A DNA stretch of 64,000 nt, taken from assembly GCA_965223425.1 (NCBI GenBank), contig OZ245003.1:1568001-1632000 (forward strand). Direction: 5' to 3'. Under the pieces are notes generated by a model. It did no database searches, was not told the origin of the DNA, and saw only the letters and a list, made by a program, of their open reading frames with translations. Numbering within the stretch: position 1 is the stretch's first letter; every line of letters starts with the position of its first letter. This document shows, one piece after another, positions 1-9,079 of this stretch. A program made the position numbers and the translations under genes. The DNA comes from Nitrosopumilus sp. GTDB lineage: Archaea; Thermoproteota; Nitrososphaeria; Nitrososphaerales; Nitrosopumilaceae.

Positions 1-5
1 ATTAT

Positions 6-1187
6 GTGCGAAGTACAAACCAAAAGACTCGTGAAACCGCTTACAAGACAATTCTTACAAAATATACTGAAAATAAAGGGGTGATAGGAGAAATTTATCA
101 AAATATTGTTCGCAATTGGAGAGATGAGGGGATTGAAATCCGAGGTTACAAATCCCCAATATCAATGAGAAACATTGGAAACAATGTGGATGACAAAACT
201 ATAGAATCGCTCCTTTCAGTTTGTCAAAAAAATTCTTCTGTCTTTCAAAAATTCTTTATTCAAAAAGCAAAGATGTTAAAAATGAAAAAACTAAGAAGAT
301 ATGACATTTACGCTCCAGCAGCTGCAAACATCAAAGAAAAAAACTACACGTACTCTAAATCAGTAAAACTGGTGTTTGAGTCATTAGGGAAATTTAGTGA
401 AACCCTAGAAGGATTTGCAAGAAAGGTATTCAATGAGAATCATATTGATTCGTCAGTAAGGCAAGGAAAGAGGGATGGTGCATTTTGCAGCACTCTTTCG
501 CCAAAAATAACACCGTATGTGTTAGTAAATTTTACAGGTAAATCAAGAGACGTCTTTACGTTAGCTCATGAACTAGGCCATGCAGTGCATAGTCAGGCAG
601 CACAAGATAGATCAATTCTTGTCCAAGATGCTCCACTGCCTTTAGCAGAAACAGCTTCTACTTTTTCAGAATTGTTGCTATATGATAATCTATCAGACAA
701 GATTTCAGATGACGAAAAGAAAATTATGTTATCAGAAAAAATTGATGACTTGTATGCAACAATTCTGAGACAATCATTTTTTACAATATTTGAAGTTGAT
801 GCACACAGGCAGATTGGAAAAGGAACTACAGTAGATGAAATCTCAAAGACTTATCTACAAAATCTGAAAGAACAGTTTGGAAATTCAGTTAGTCTTTCTG
901 ACGATTTTGCAATAGAATGGAGTTGTATTCCTCATTTTTACCACACGCCATTTTACTGCTATGCATATTCTTTTGGAAACCTGCTTGCGTTGTCTTTATT
1001 TCAAAGATACAAAAAAGAAGGGAATGATTTTGTTCCTTCATACATCAACATCCTTGTAGCAGGGGGCTCTAAAAAACCAGAAAAGCTTCTCTCAGAATAC
1101 GGATTTGACATAAGATCTCCAAAGTTTTGGAAAGAAGGTTTTGACTATGTCAATGAACAAGTCAAAGCATTATCAGCACTAACTTGA
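6..1187 (+). CDS. pepF: M3 family oligoendopeptidase F (5'-truncated by window edge)
   Basis: HELGH zinc motif, LAETAS, PHFY..PFY.YAY motifs. Confidence 0.9.
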   Translation: MRSTNQKTRETAYKTILTKYTENKGVIGEIYQNIVRNWRDEGIEIRGYKSPISMRNIGNNVDDKTIESLLSVCQKNSSVFQKFFIQKAKMLKMKKLRRYDIYAPAAANIKEKNYTYSKSVKLVFESLGKFSETLEGFARKVFNENHIDSSVRQGKRDGAFCSTLSPKITPYVLVNFTGKSRDVFTLAHELGHAVHSQAAQDRSILVQDAPLPLAETASTFSELLLYDNLSDKISDDEKKIMLSEKIDDLYATILRQSFFTIFEVDAHRQIGKGTTVDEISKTYLQNLKEQFGNSVSLSDDFAIEWSCIPHFYHTPFYCYAYSFGNLLALSLFQRYKKEGNDFVPSYINILVAGGSKKPEKLLSEYGFDIRSPKFWKEGFDYVNEQVKALSALT

Positions 1188-1304
1188 TCGTTTAATAATT
1201 GGGGCTGACAGTCCAACGCAAGGACTGCCAGCTTGTTCCCCGAACGGTTTGAATTCGATGTCATTTTTCACACACTAATAACGGAATTTAAACGTTTGAA
1301 ATTA

Positions 1305-1874
1305 TTATAGGTCAAGTCTCTTTGGTTTTATCTTTCTAATCGTCCCAGCTAGGATGCCAATGGTAATTCCCAACTGATAAAGAAAATACAAAAGCACCTC
1401 AAATGTACTAGGGGTAAGATCCGTGAATCTACTCAAACCAGTCAGAAGTAATATGAATGCACTAAAAAAGAAAACAAACACTTTTGCTATTCCATGAATC
1501 TGTGTAAACTTTAAGAGAGCAAAAGTCATCACAGTAACAGAAATTGCAAGTACTGTTAGAAACCCAGTATTTACTCCAAAAATCAAGAAGAGTGTGGATA
1601 CAAATTCACCAGTGCTGCTTACTGACAAATTTGAGAATTCAATTTTCTCTGGAGAGGCAAAACGAGGGACGCTCAAAACCGCGTTTGCCAAAAATATTAC
1701 AAACAAGGAGATCGATACTGTCTTTACATGGTTTTGTAGCCTAGGAAATCTGACAAGAACAGCACGTCCTAGAACTGTGCCTTGAGATATACCAACGCCA
1801 AAAGCACTCAAGACTGCAATTATTGAAAAAATTGGATCTTGAAAGATGTCAACAAGAAATGGGATCAAAGCCAT
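1305..1874 (-). CDS. multi-pass membrane protein, hypothetical
   Basis: 189-aa ORF with about 5 hydrophobic segments. Confidence 0.7.
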   Translation of the reverse strand: MALIPFLVDIFQDPIFSIIAVLSAFGVGISQGTVLGRAVLVRFPRLQNHVKTVSISLFVIFLANAVLSVPRFASPEKIEFSNLSVSSTGEFVSTLFLIFGVNTGFLTVLAISVTVMTFALLKFTQIHGIAKVFVFFFSAFILLLTGLSRFTDLTPSTFEVLLYFLYQLGITIGILAGTIRKIKPKRLDL

Positions 1875-2021
1875 AGTTAACTAGTTATTGACAAAAATGA
1901 GGATATTAGCTGGTTGATAATGTATTTTTGTAAAAAAATAAAAAAAATTCATCTAACCACGTAATTGAAAAGGAGAAAATAAGAGTAAATTTAATAATTT
2001 CATCACTGGAATGAACAATCT

Positions 2022-3173
2022 ATGCGAAAAAATCTCTTTGTTTTAGCGTTAATTGTTTTGGTTGGAATTTCAACAAATTACGCCTATTCGCAAGAGCCAG
2101 GCCTTGCCACGTTTCAGGAAATTGCACAAATAGTAGTAGACAAGAGCATATCTCAGGACGTTACTGCATCAATTACATTACAAAGCACTAGCATTCAAGA
2201 AATCAAAATTCCTGTAGAAGTGGAACAGAAGATCAGGGAAAATAAAATAGTAAGAGCTGTAGTTTTGACTAACGAAGGACAATGCGTTCTTGGAGTAATG
2301 GATCAGTCATGTATTATGATAAATTTGGACAGAAATCCTGAGGATAAGGGCATCAGGGCCATTCAAGATTCTACAAAAATGATTGCTGACAAATACATTA
2401 ATGGAATTAATGAAGCATTTGACACAAATGCCAAATTTCATTCTGTCTTTGTTCACACTGATGATAAAACAAACAAGGCACTTGAAACCTCAGGAGTGGT
2501 TTCTGGCAGAGGCATTGTATCGGCCATTTACACAATGCCTATGGAAGATACCGATTCAATGTATCAGAAGGTTTCATCCATGCTTATTCCAAAAGCAATC
2601 AGAGAAGGAGGAGGATTTTATGATGTTGCAAGTAATTTATCAGTCGAGAAAAATGCAAAAATGATATTTTCATTGATTCCGTTAGATACAAAATCGCTAT
2701 TGCAGTTAAAATTATCAGTAGACTATCCAAACAAAGCCGCAACAGTTTCTCAAATTAATCCATTAGAATTTCTCAAAGCTGAAAGCCTTGATAGATCAGA
2801 TTATTTTTCAGAGGGGTTTTATCCGTTAAATTCCATAATTCAAGTAGTTGTTTTATCACCTGAAAACACAAATGTTTCAGATATCAAGGGAGGCATTGTT
2901 CCAACACAAATCATTGACAATGAAAAAATTCCCACAGATCTTACGAAAAATGGATGGATTTTTGATCCTGAAGAAGGGCAAAGAATTCAGGGCAAGTACG
3001 TTTTTGGTGAAAAAACATCCGTAGATCAAGAGGAATTAGAATTTTCATTGGGAGTGGAACCACCTATCATACAACCTAAAACAGAATTTGATGAATCAAT
3101 TCTAATGGTAATTATAATTACAATTGTTGCAATTGCAGCTGCAGTGTTTTACCTGAAAGGATATAAAAAATAA
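2022..3173 (+). CDS. secreted/surface protein with C-terminal membrane anchor
   Basis: signal peptide, C-terminal TM helix followed by KGYKK. Confidence 0.75.
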   Translation: MRKNLFVLALIVLVGISTNYAYSQEPGLATFQEIAQIVVDKSISQDVTASITLQSTSIQEIKIPVEVEQKIRENKIVRAVVLTNEGQCVLGVMDQSCIMINLDRNPEDKGIRAIQDSTKMIADKYINGINEAFDTNAKFHSVFVHTDDKTNKALETSGVVSGRGIVSAIYTMPMEDTDSMYQKVSSMLIPKAIREGGGFYDVASNLSVEKNAKMIFSLIPLDTKSLLQLKLSVDYPNKAATVSQINPLEFLKAESLDRSDYFSEGFYPLNSIIQVVVLSPENTNVSDIKGGIVPTQIIDNEKIPTDLTKNGWIFDPEEGQRIQGKYVFGEKTSVDQEELEFSLGVEPPIIQPKTEFDESILMVIIITIVAIAAAVFYLKGYKK

Positions 3174-3725
3174 TTAAAATATTAAACCTGCGGCAGCAAA
3201 GACAGTAGTCCATTTACCATCTTTGTGGCCTTTAGCTGATTGGGTAATGTTACGAGTGTTATAGATTTCACCTGAAATTGACCATTGTTGCCGTTTTTCA
3301 TTCCAAGCTTTATCAACATCAAATGGAATTCCTAAGGAGGATGCAAGCATTTGTGCTGCAATATCTTCGGCATAATCACCTGCCTGGATTTCATTTTGAC
3401 CAAAAGACTCGTATTCGGATAAATACCCATATCTTGTTTTGTCTTTTGGTTGTGCAAGACCTACTGATGCAGTACACATTCTATGTGGTTCATTGGTTTG
3501 ATTCTTTGAATAAATTGTAAAAAGAATCTGTCCGGGCTTGATTTGTTTTAGACCTTCTTTTCTTGGTATTAGTTTTGCATTTGGTGGAAATATACTAGAA
3601 ATCAATACAAGATTGGTTCCTGCAATTCCGGCATCTCTCAAGGCATATTCAAAACTAGTCAATCGATCTTCATGAACGCCTTTGCCTTTTGTAAGAAACA
3701 GTTTCTTGGCCACTAAATCCAACAT
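3174..3725 (-). CDS. pdaD: pyruvoyl-dependent arginine decarboxylase
   Basis: SFEYALRDAGI, NLVLISSIFPP self-cleavage site, GYLSE, WTTVFAAA. Confidence 0.9.
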   Translation of the reverse strand: MLDLVAKKLFLTKGKGVHEDRLTSFEYALRDAGIAGTNLVLISSIFPPNAKLIPRKEGLKQIKPGQILFTIYSKNQTNEPHRMCTASVGLAQPKDKTRYGYLSEYESFGQNEIQAGDYAEDIAAQMLASSLGIPFDVDKAWNEKRQQWSISGEIYNTRNITQSAKGHKDGKWTTVFAAAGLIF

Positions 3726-3777
3726 TTCTGAATTGATGAAAGAAAGTTATTATTTATACTTTAATTGATAGTGTCTT

Positions 3778-4263
3778 TTATAATTGATTTAAAAAAGTGG
3801 CAATCTCCTGACCGTGGTGTTCAACATCAATATCTCGAAAAATCTTTCGGATGATTCCTTTCTTATCAATAATAAATGTGGAACGCTTTGCCAATCCAAC
3901 AAAATTCAACCCAGCATATTTTTTGCAAGTGTCCTTTCTAGTATCACTTAGATGAAGATATGGTATGCTGTATTCCTTGACAAATTTAGCCTGATCTTCA
4001 ACTGTGTCTATAGAAATGGCAAGAATCTCAGTATCAGTTGACGTAATATCAGAATATGATGAAATCACACTTTCAGCCATTTTGAAAACTTTTTTTGAAG
4101 GACAACCAAACAGATGGTTTTTTGGATAAAAACATAGAACTACATTCTTTTTGTCTTTAAAGGAGTCAAGACGTAGAAAACTTCCATCGTGAGACAACAG
4201 TTCAAAACTCGGAGCTGATTGGCCTTCTTGCATGTTCATAATTATCTTTTGAATATATAACAA
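3778..4263 (-). CDS. peroxiredoxin (BCP/AhpC-TSA family)
   Basis: FYPK...GCP, LSD, RSTFIIDKKGII motifs; true start probably slightly downstream. Confidence 0.85.
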   Translation of the reverse strand: MLYIQKIIMNMQEGQSAPSFELLSHDGSFLRLDSFKDKKNVVLCFYPKNHLFGCPSKKVFKMAESVISSYSDITSTDTEILAISIDTVEDQAKFVKEYSIPYLHLSDTRKDTCKKYAGLNFVGLAKRSTFIIDKKGIIRKIFRDIDVEHHGQEIATFLNQL

Positions 4264-4303
4264 CTAAGATTAGCAAAACGAATTTACTAGATTTTGGTAG
4301 AAT

Positions 4304-4543
4304 CTATCTGTCCTTTCTTTTTTTCTTTCTTTTATCAGGTTCTTTTTGGATTTGTGTTAGAAAGATAAATACGAAAAATGCGCCTAGTCCAATGTTTACG
4401 ACTCCCATAAAGGTGATAATTATAGTCATGGAGGGAGGGGCAATAACTAATCCAATTATTAGGCCCATTGTACCGGTTGCAAAAAATAACATCATTAGTA
4501 CTTTGACTCTAGTTGGTTCGATGTATCTCAATAAAAGTACCAA
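4304..4543 (-). CDS. small two-TM membrane protein
   Basis: two hydrophobic helices and a basic C-terminus. Confidence 0.65.
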   Translation of the reverse strand: MVLLLRYIEPTRVKVLMMLFFATGTMGLIIGLVIAPPSMTIIITFMGVVNIGLGAFFVFIFLTQIQKEPDKRKKKRKDR

Positions 4544-4621
4544 AAGAGGACATTATTATAAACTGACGGTTAATCAGTTATTTTCACTATATTTATTTAT
4601 TAAAATCACATTTTTAATTTC

Positions 4622-4711
4622 ATGTCAAAAGCATATGAATACAGAGTTGTCTCAAAGATAGATAAAGACAAGATTCCAAGATTATCATCGCGCATTGATG
4701 TCTGTGATTGA
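4622..4711 (+). pseudogene. remnant of the integrase 5' end
   Basis: MSKAYEYRVVSKIDKDKIPRL resembles MTKEEHQYRVISKMDCKKISKKL of the 11078 integrase; stop after 29 codons. Confidence 0.7.
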
Positions 4712-4987
4712 CAGTTCTATATTATCTGTTTTGAAAACTGTGAGCAGTTATACAAAAAAATTACCTAAACCATCCAAGACGCACCAATGTAGAATTAACA
4801 TCTTCATATTATCTGTATCAAAAAAGAATTTTGTGGGCGGGTAGATAGATTGTATGCCTATCATGTACGAATTAGATATTGATTATGTTTTTTCATATTC
4901 AATTAAGAATTCAACAGCCGCCAATACCAACACCGAAGATTTAGAGAAATTAGCTATGAACGGTCTTGATGAACGAGTGAGAAAAAA

Positions 4988-5063
4988 GTACTGTTAACAA
5001 TAGAGGATCTTTTGCCAGCTGACACGCTCAATAAGCATCTCGGATCCTCAAAAGTTAAGTGCC
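4988..5063 (+). repeat. palindromic hairpin repeat, copy 1
   Basis: ttaac-aata-gaggatc...gatcctc-aaaa-gttaa; near-identical copy at 5657-5735. Confidence 0.85.
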
Positions 5064-5167
5064 CATAGGGTACTACAAATTTTGGTCTATTCAAGGCATT
5101 GTACATTTACAAAGGATTTGATCTGATTTGCCGACATGTTTTTAATTCTTGAAGAACAATCAAACTC

Positions 5168-5252
5168 GTCAGGGTCGCCAAGTTAGGTATGGCGTGTGTC
5201 TGAAAAACACATATCTCCTTCGGATGCATGGGTTCAAATCCCATCCCTGACG
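5168..5252 (+). tRNA. type II (long variable arm, G73, Ser-like body) tRNA with GAA anticodon
   Basis: acceptor GTCAGGG/CCCTGAC; D arm GCC..GG..GGC; anticodon stem TGTGT/ACACA with loop CT-GAA-AA; 16-nt variable region; T arm ATGGG-TTCAAAT-CCCAT; TATA-like ttttaatt about 25 nt upstream. Confidence 0.8.
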
Positions 5253-5292
5253 GGTTTATAGCATCTGTGTGGTATTGAGTCTTTAAAAAGTT

Positions 5293-5480
5293 TCATTGTT
5301 TGGTCTTTGCTAATTCCTTGAGTATGTCTCCATTACATGGTTTGGGACTGCACCAGCATCCCAAAACCCTGTTTTTTAGTTCAGGCAGATCTGCGATCAG
5401 TTCTGGTTGTGTCATGATCCATATGCGATACTGCAATAACCTGTTTGCGTGTGCCGTCTCTTCGGATGACAAATGGATTG
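5293..5480 (-). pseudogene. frameshifted, 5'-truncated DUF4326-like gene
   Basis: NPFVIRRDGTRKQVIA and YRIWIMTQPELIADLPELKNRVLGCWCSPKPCNGD lie in different frames; intact homologue at 30397. Confidence 0.8.
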
Positions 5481-5656
5481 CTGTCAATTCCAAAAGTTTG
5501 CAGTCGTAGACAGTACAATTCGTAGAAGTCTTTGTCATACATCATATTCACATATTTTTTATAGAAATAGACGGTCAATACGACAAAAAGTAATGTGGCC
5601 ATTCCCAAAATAATTATTGCAATTCCACTGTCGGTCATTTTCTTTCTCCCCTGATG

Positions 5657-5735
5657 GGTACTGTTAACAATAGAGGACTTTTGCCAGCTGACACGCTCAA
5701 TGTGGCGTCTCGGATCCTCAAAAGTTAACGGTGCC
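5657..5735 (+). repeat. palindromic hairpin repeat, copy 2
   Basis: ggtactgttaac...gttaacggtgcc 12-bp arms with two G-T pairs; inner gagga/tcctc stem. Confidence 0.85.
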
Positions 5736-5831
5736 TTGATCTGGCGGTTAAATCAAACAGATCAGGCCAGTTAGAATGTGTAAATCAACCTTGGTAACGT
5801 TTTAAACCTGAAAAATTTCATTTTATTTTGT

Positions 5832-5906
5832 GCCAATGTAGCTCAGCCTGGTTAGAGCAGCTGATTTGTAATCAGCAGGTCGTGGGTTCGGATCCCGTCA
5901 TTGGCT
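5832..5906 (+). tRNA. tRNA-Thr(TGT)
   Basis: GCCAATG/CATTGGC acceptor, GCTGA-TT-TGT-AA-TCAGC anticodon arm, GTTCGGATC T loop, U73. Confidence 0.95.
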
Positions 5907-6109
5907 TTTAAATTTCTTAAATCAAGTTATCATCATACAATTTCAGTTAAGCGAAATGTAAACAGAACATTCCTTTTGTTTTGTTATTAAACACAATTTG
6001 AGTCACATTCCAATTGTTCTATTCCTATTTTTTGTCCGATTTTTAGTACATTTCGCTTAACTGAATTTGGCAATACGATTAAGTATGCAAGAATTTTGAA
6101 CAAATTCAA

Positions 6110-7060
6110 ATGAGTTCAGATGATTTTGAATCGAGTAAAAATAGTGATCAAAGCACTGAGCAAAATAGTGATCAAAGCACTGAGCAAAATAGTGATCAAA
6201 GCACTGAGCAAAATAGTGATCAAAGCACTGAGCAAAATAGTGATCAAAGCACTGAGCAAAATAGTGATCAAAGCACTGAGCAAAATAACAATAAAAAAAT
6301 ATCTGTGAAAAAATCAACATTTAATGGACTAGTCATAGGACTGATTGCAGCAGTTGGAATTACGGCGTTTCTGGCAGGATCATATGCATCAAATCTGAAC
6401 TCAGATCAGATTTCCCAAGAAGACTTGGAAAACGCTATTGCCAAACTAGAACTTAAAATATTGCAAAACCAGTTACCGACAGAGCAACCCAAACCAATAG
6501 TAAAAATTTCAATAGATGATGATCCCATTATTGGAAATCCAGATGCCGCAATCTCAATAATTGAATTTTCAGATTTCCAATGCCCATTTTGTGCACGATT
6601 CCATATTCAAACACTTCCATCGATTCTTGAAGAATACATAGACCAAGGCAAAGTAAAACTAGTTTTCAGGGACTTTCCAATTCAAAGTATTCATCCAAAC
6701 GCATTGCCTGCATCAGTAGCTGCAGAATGTGCAAATGAACAAAACAAATTCAAAGAAATGCACGACATGCTATTTGAGAATCAAAATGAATGGGATAAAC
6801 AAGAAACCGCAGATGCAATATCTTTGTTTAATCAGTACGCTTCTGAAATTCAACTAGATCAAGATGAATTTGTGTCCTGTCTTACTGATGAAAAACAGAT
6901 TGATGAGATCAGAAAAGATCTTGATGATGGAAGAGAGTATGGTGTGTCAGGAACACCGGGATTCTTTGTAGGAAATGACAAGATAGGATATGTCGAGATA
7001 AAAGGAGCCCAGCCATTTGAAAGCTTCAAAAAAATCATCGATGCTCAACTAGACGCATAA
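6110..7060 (+). CDS. membrane-anchored DsbA-family thiol-disulfide oxidoreductase
   Basis: EFSDFQCPFC, FRDFP, GVSGTP cis-Pro motif; N-terminal repeats and TM helix. Confidence 0.9.
   Translation: MSSDDFESSKNSDQSTEQNSDQSTEQNSDQSTEQNSDQSTEQNSDQSTEQNSDQSTEQNNNKKISVKKSTFNGLVIGLIAAVGITAFLAGSYASNLNSDQISQEDLENAIAKLELKILQNQLPTEQPKPIVKISIDDDPIIGNPDAAISIIEFSDFQCPFCARFHIQTLPSILEEYIDQGKVKLVFRDFPIQSIHPNALPASVAAECANEQNKFKEMHDMLFENQNEWDKQETADAISLFNQYASEIQLDQDEFVSCLTDEKQIDEIRKDLDDGREYGVSGTPGFFVGNDKIGYVEIKGAQPFESFKKIIDAQLDA
6138..6287 (+). repeat. 24-bp coding tandem repeat x6 (NSDQSTEQ)
   Basis: aaaatagtgatcaaagcactgagc repeated 6 times. Confidence 0.95.
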
Positions 7061-7162
7061 AAATAACAAGCGTTTATTAGACCTAAACCAAGACGGCAAA
7101 CATCAGAATAATGACGAGCAGGCAATGAGCTTTTTCGTCATTGCTTAAGAGAAGAAAACAAA

Positions 7163-8470
7163 ATGACAAAGTTTGACGAATTAGGATTAAAAGAAGAGAT
7201 ACTAAAAGGAATTCGTGATCTTGGGTATGAAGAGACATTTCCAATACAAGAAGCGGTAATCCCAGTGCTAATTACAGGAAGAGATGTTGTAGGACAAGCT
7301 CATACTGGTTCTGGTAAGACTGCAGCTTTTGCACTATCAATGTTACAAGAAATCCAACCAAAAAATGGAATCCAGGGACTAATCATGGCACCCACAAGAG
7401 AACTTGCAATGCAGATTACCGATGAGATTAAAAAATTTAGCAAATATACCAAAATTAGAGTAGCAACAGTTTATGGAGGACAAGGGATGGGACTACAACT
7501 GGATGCTCTTGAGAGAGGAGTAGAAATTGTTGTAGCAACACCTGGCAGACTAATAGATCATCTCAAAAGAGGGTCAATTGATCTCAGAGATGTCACACAT
7601 ATTGTTCTAGATGAGGCAGACACAATGCTAGATATGGGATTTATTGACGATATTCAGTTCATTTTAGATCTAGCACCAGAAGAAAGAGCAATGTCATTGT
7701 TTTCAGCAACAATGCCAACTGAAATTCTTAGACTCTCTGAAGAATATCTAAAGAATCCAAAGCAATTCCTATTGGATGCAGATGATCTTAGTGGGGAAGG
7801 GATAGACCAATCATATTTAGTAATTAAAGACAGAGACAAATTCAAGTATCTAATTGATTTTATCAAGCCAGTAAAAGGCCAATGCATTGTGTTTTGTTCA
7901 ACAAAATACAGAACCAGAGACGTAGCAAAATTCCTGCATCAGGAGAAATTTGTTGCAGTGGCAATAGAAGGAGACATGTCACAGCACAGAAGAGAGCAAT
8001 CAATGAGCAAGTTCAGGAGCGGGAAAGCTGATGTTCTTGTTGCCACAGATGTAGCATCAAGAGGCATAGATGTTCCAAGAGTGGAATTGGTAATCAACTA
8101 TGACGTACCAAATCAAGAAATGGTGTATTTCCACAGAATAGGAAGAACAGCTAGGGCAGGTGCAAAAGGCAAAGCAGTAACATTTGTTTCATATTCATCT
8201 GTTGGGGATTGGAACATCATCAAACGTCAAATCAAGGTTCCTATCAAAGACCTGAATCAAGAAATGGGAATTGAAATTTCAATTCCAGATCCTCTAAAAA
8301 GACAAGTTCCATCAAGAAGGTATGGGGGTCAATCAAGATCTAATTATTCCAGAGGAGGATATGGAAGAAGTGGCAGAAGCCGGGATTCTAGAGATGACAG
8401 AGGCAAAGGTAGAAGAAGATTCAATGACAGAGGCGGTAGGAGCAGATACGGTGGACACAGCAGATGGTAA
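7163..8470 (+). CDS. DEAD-box RNA helicase
   Basis: AHTGSGKT, PTRELA, TPGR, DEAD, SAT, HRIGRTARAG, RGG-rich tail. Confidence 0.95.
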   Translation: MTKFDELGLKEEILKGIRDLGYEETFPIQEAVIPVLITGRDVVGQAHTGSGKTAAFALSMLQEIQPKNGIQGLIMAPTRELAMQITDEIKKFSKYTKIRVATVYGGQGMGLQLDALERGVEIVVATPGRLIDHLKRGSIDLRDVTHIVLDEADTMLDMGFIDDIQFILDLAPEERAMSLFSATMPTEILRLSEEYLKNPKQFLLDADDLSGEGIDQSYLVIKDRDKFKYLIDFIKPVKGQCIVFCSTKYRTRDVAKFLHQEKFVAVAIEGDMSQHRREQSMSKFRSGKADVLVATDVASRGIDVPRVELVINYDVPNQEMVYFHRIGRTARAGAKGKAVTFVSYSSVGDWNIIKRQIKVPIKDLNQEMGIEISIPDPLKRQVPSRRYGGQSRSNYSRGGYGRSGRSRDSRDDRGKGRRRFNDRGGRSRYGGHSRW

Positions 8471-8522
8471 TTACTGTAAAACTTAAAGGGCTGAACCACG
8501 TAAATTAATACAAGATAAAGTA

Positions 8523-8756
8523 ATGCACAAAGGCTTCATTTTATTAAATTGTGATCTTGGCGCTGAAGAATACATCGTAGATGAGTTAAAACAGTTACAG
8601 GAAATTAGTAACGCATATCTTACTTTTGGAGCATATGATGTAATTGGGGAGATTCAAACAGAAAACCAAGAAGAGTTTGAAAAAACAATTGCAGTAATAA
8701 GAAAACTCTCCAGAGTGGTCAGCACAATGACACTAAATGTGATTAGCCCCGAATAA
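8523..8756 (+). CDS. Lrp/AsnC ligand-binding domain protein
   Basis: TFGAYDVI and STMTL motifs; 77 aa with no HTH. Confidence 0.8.
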   Translation: MHKGFILLNCDLGAEEYIVDELKQLQEISNAYLTFGAYDVIGEIQTENQEEFEKTIAVIRKLSRVVSTMTLNVISPE

Positions 8757-8788
8757 TTGTTATAGGAGTTAATTCGGATTATTTCAAA

Positions 8789-9079
8789 TTGCAGAAAATT
8801 GAGTATGAAGGAACAGTCTGGGTACTAAATTACAATAATCCTCAACCATTATTAGATCACGCGCTTCACATGCTAGAAAGACACGGAGTCAAACGTGAAG
8901 ATATGGAAATAACAGAAACACCAACTGCCAAAGTAGGCGCAATAGTAGTTGAGATTTGGCCATACGAGTTGGTAGTGGCCAAAGTCAGAACAACTCGCAA
9001 TGACTCATTTATCAGCGGTACTGAATTTACAATTGAACTAAAATTAGACGAGGATGGAAATTATATAGATTATCTTTGA
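8789..9079 (+). CDS. hypothetical protein
   Basis: ORF overlapping the next gene's start. Confidence 0.6.
   Translation: MQKIEYEGTVWVLNYNNPQPLLDHALHMLERHGVKREDMEITETPTAKVGAIVVEIWPYELVVAKVRTTRNDSFISGTEFTIELKLDEDGNYIDYL

Larger units (their letters stand above)
4581..5760. mobile_element. collapsed relic of an element related to the large element starting near 11,020
   Basis: 4581-4610 matches 11036-11064 region (28/30); integrase 5' remnant; about 5060-5480 is an inverted homologue of about 30460-30865. Confidence 0.8.

Noticed and set aside
4988-5735. Self-cleaving ribozyme or bona fide integron
   Set aside because: No hammerhead CUGANGA/GAAA core; attC boxes match only loosely and no IntI-type integrase is evident. 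Kept only as an open hypothesis.
5832-5906. tRNA-Thr as the integration site
   Set aside because: No duplicated tRNA-Thr fragment found at the relic or element edges.
6057-6320. Alternative-frame repeat ORFs (FAQCFDHY, IVIKALSK)
   Set aside because: Shadows of the DsbA 24-bp repeat.
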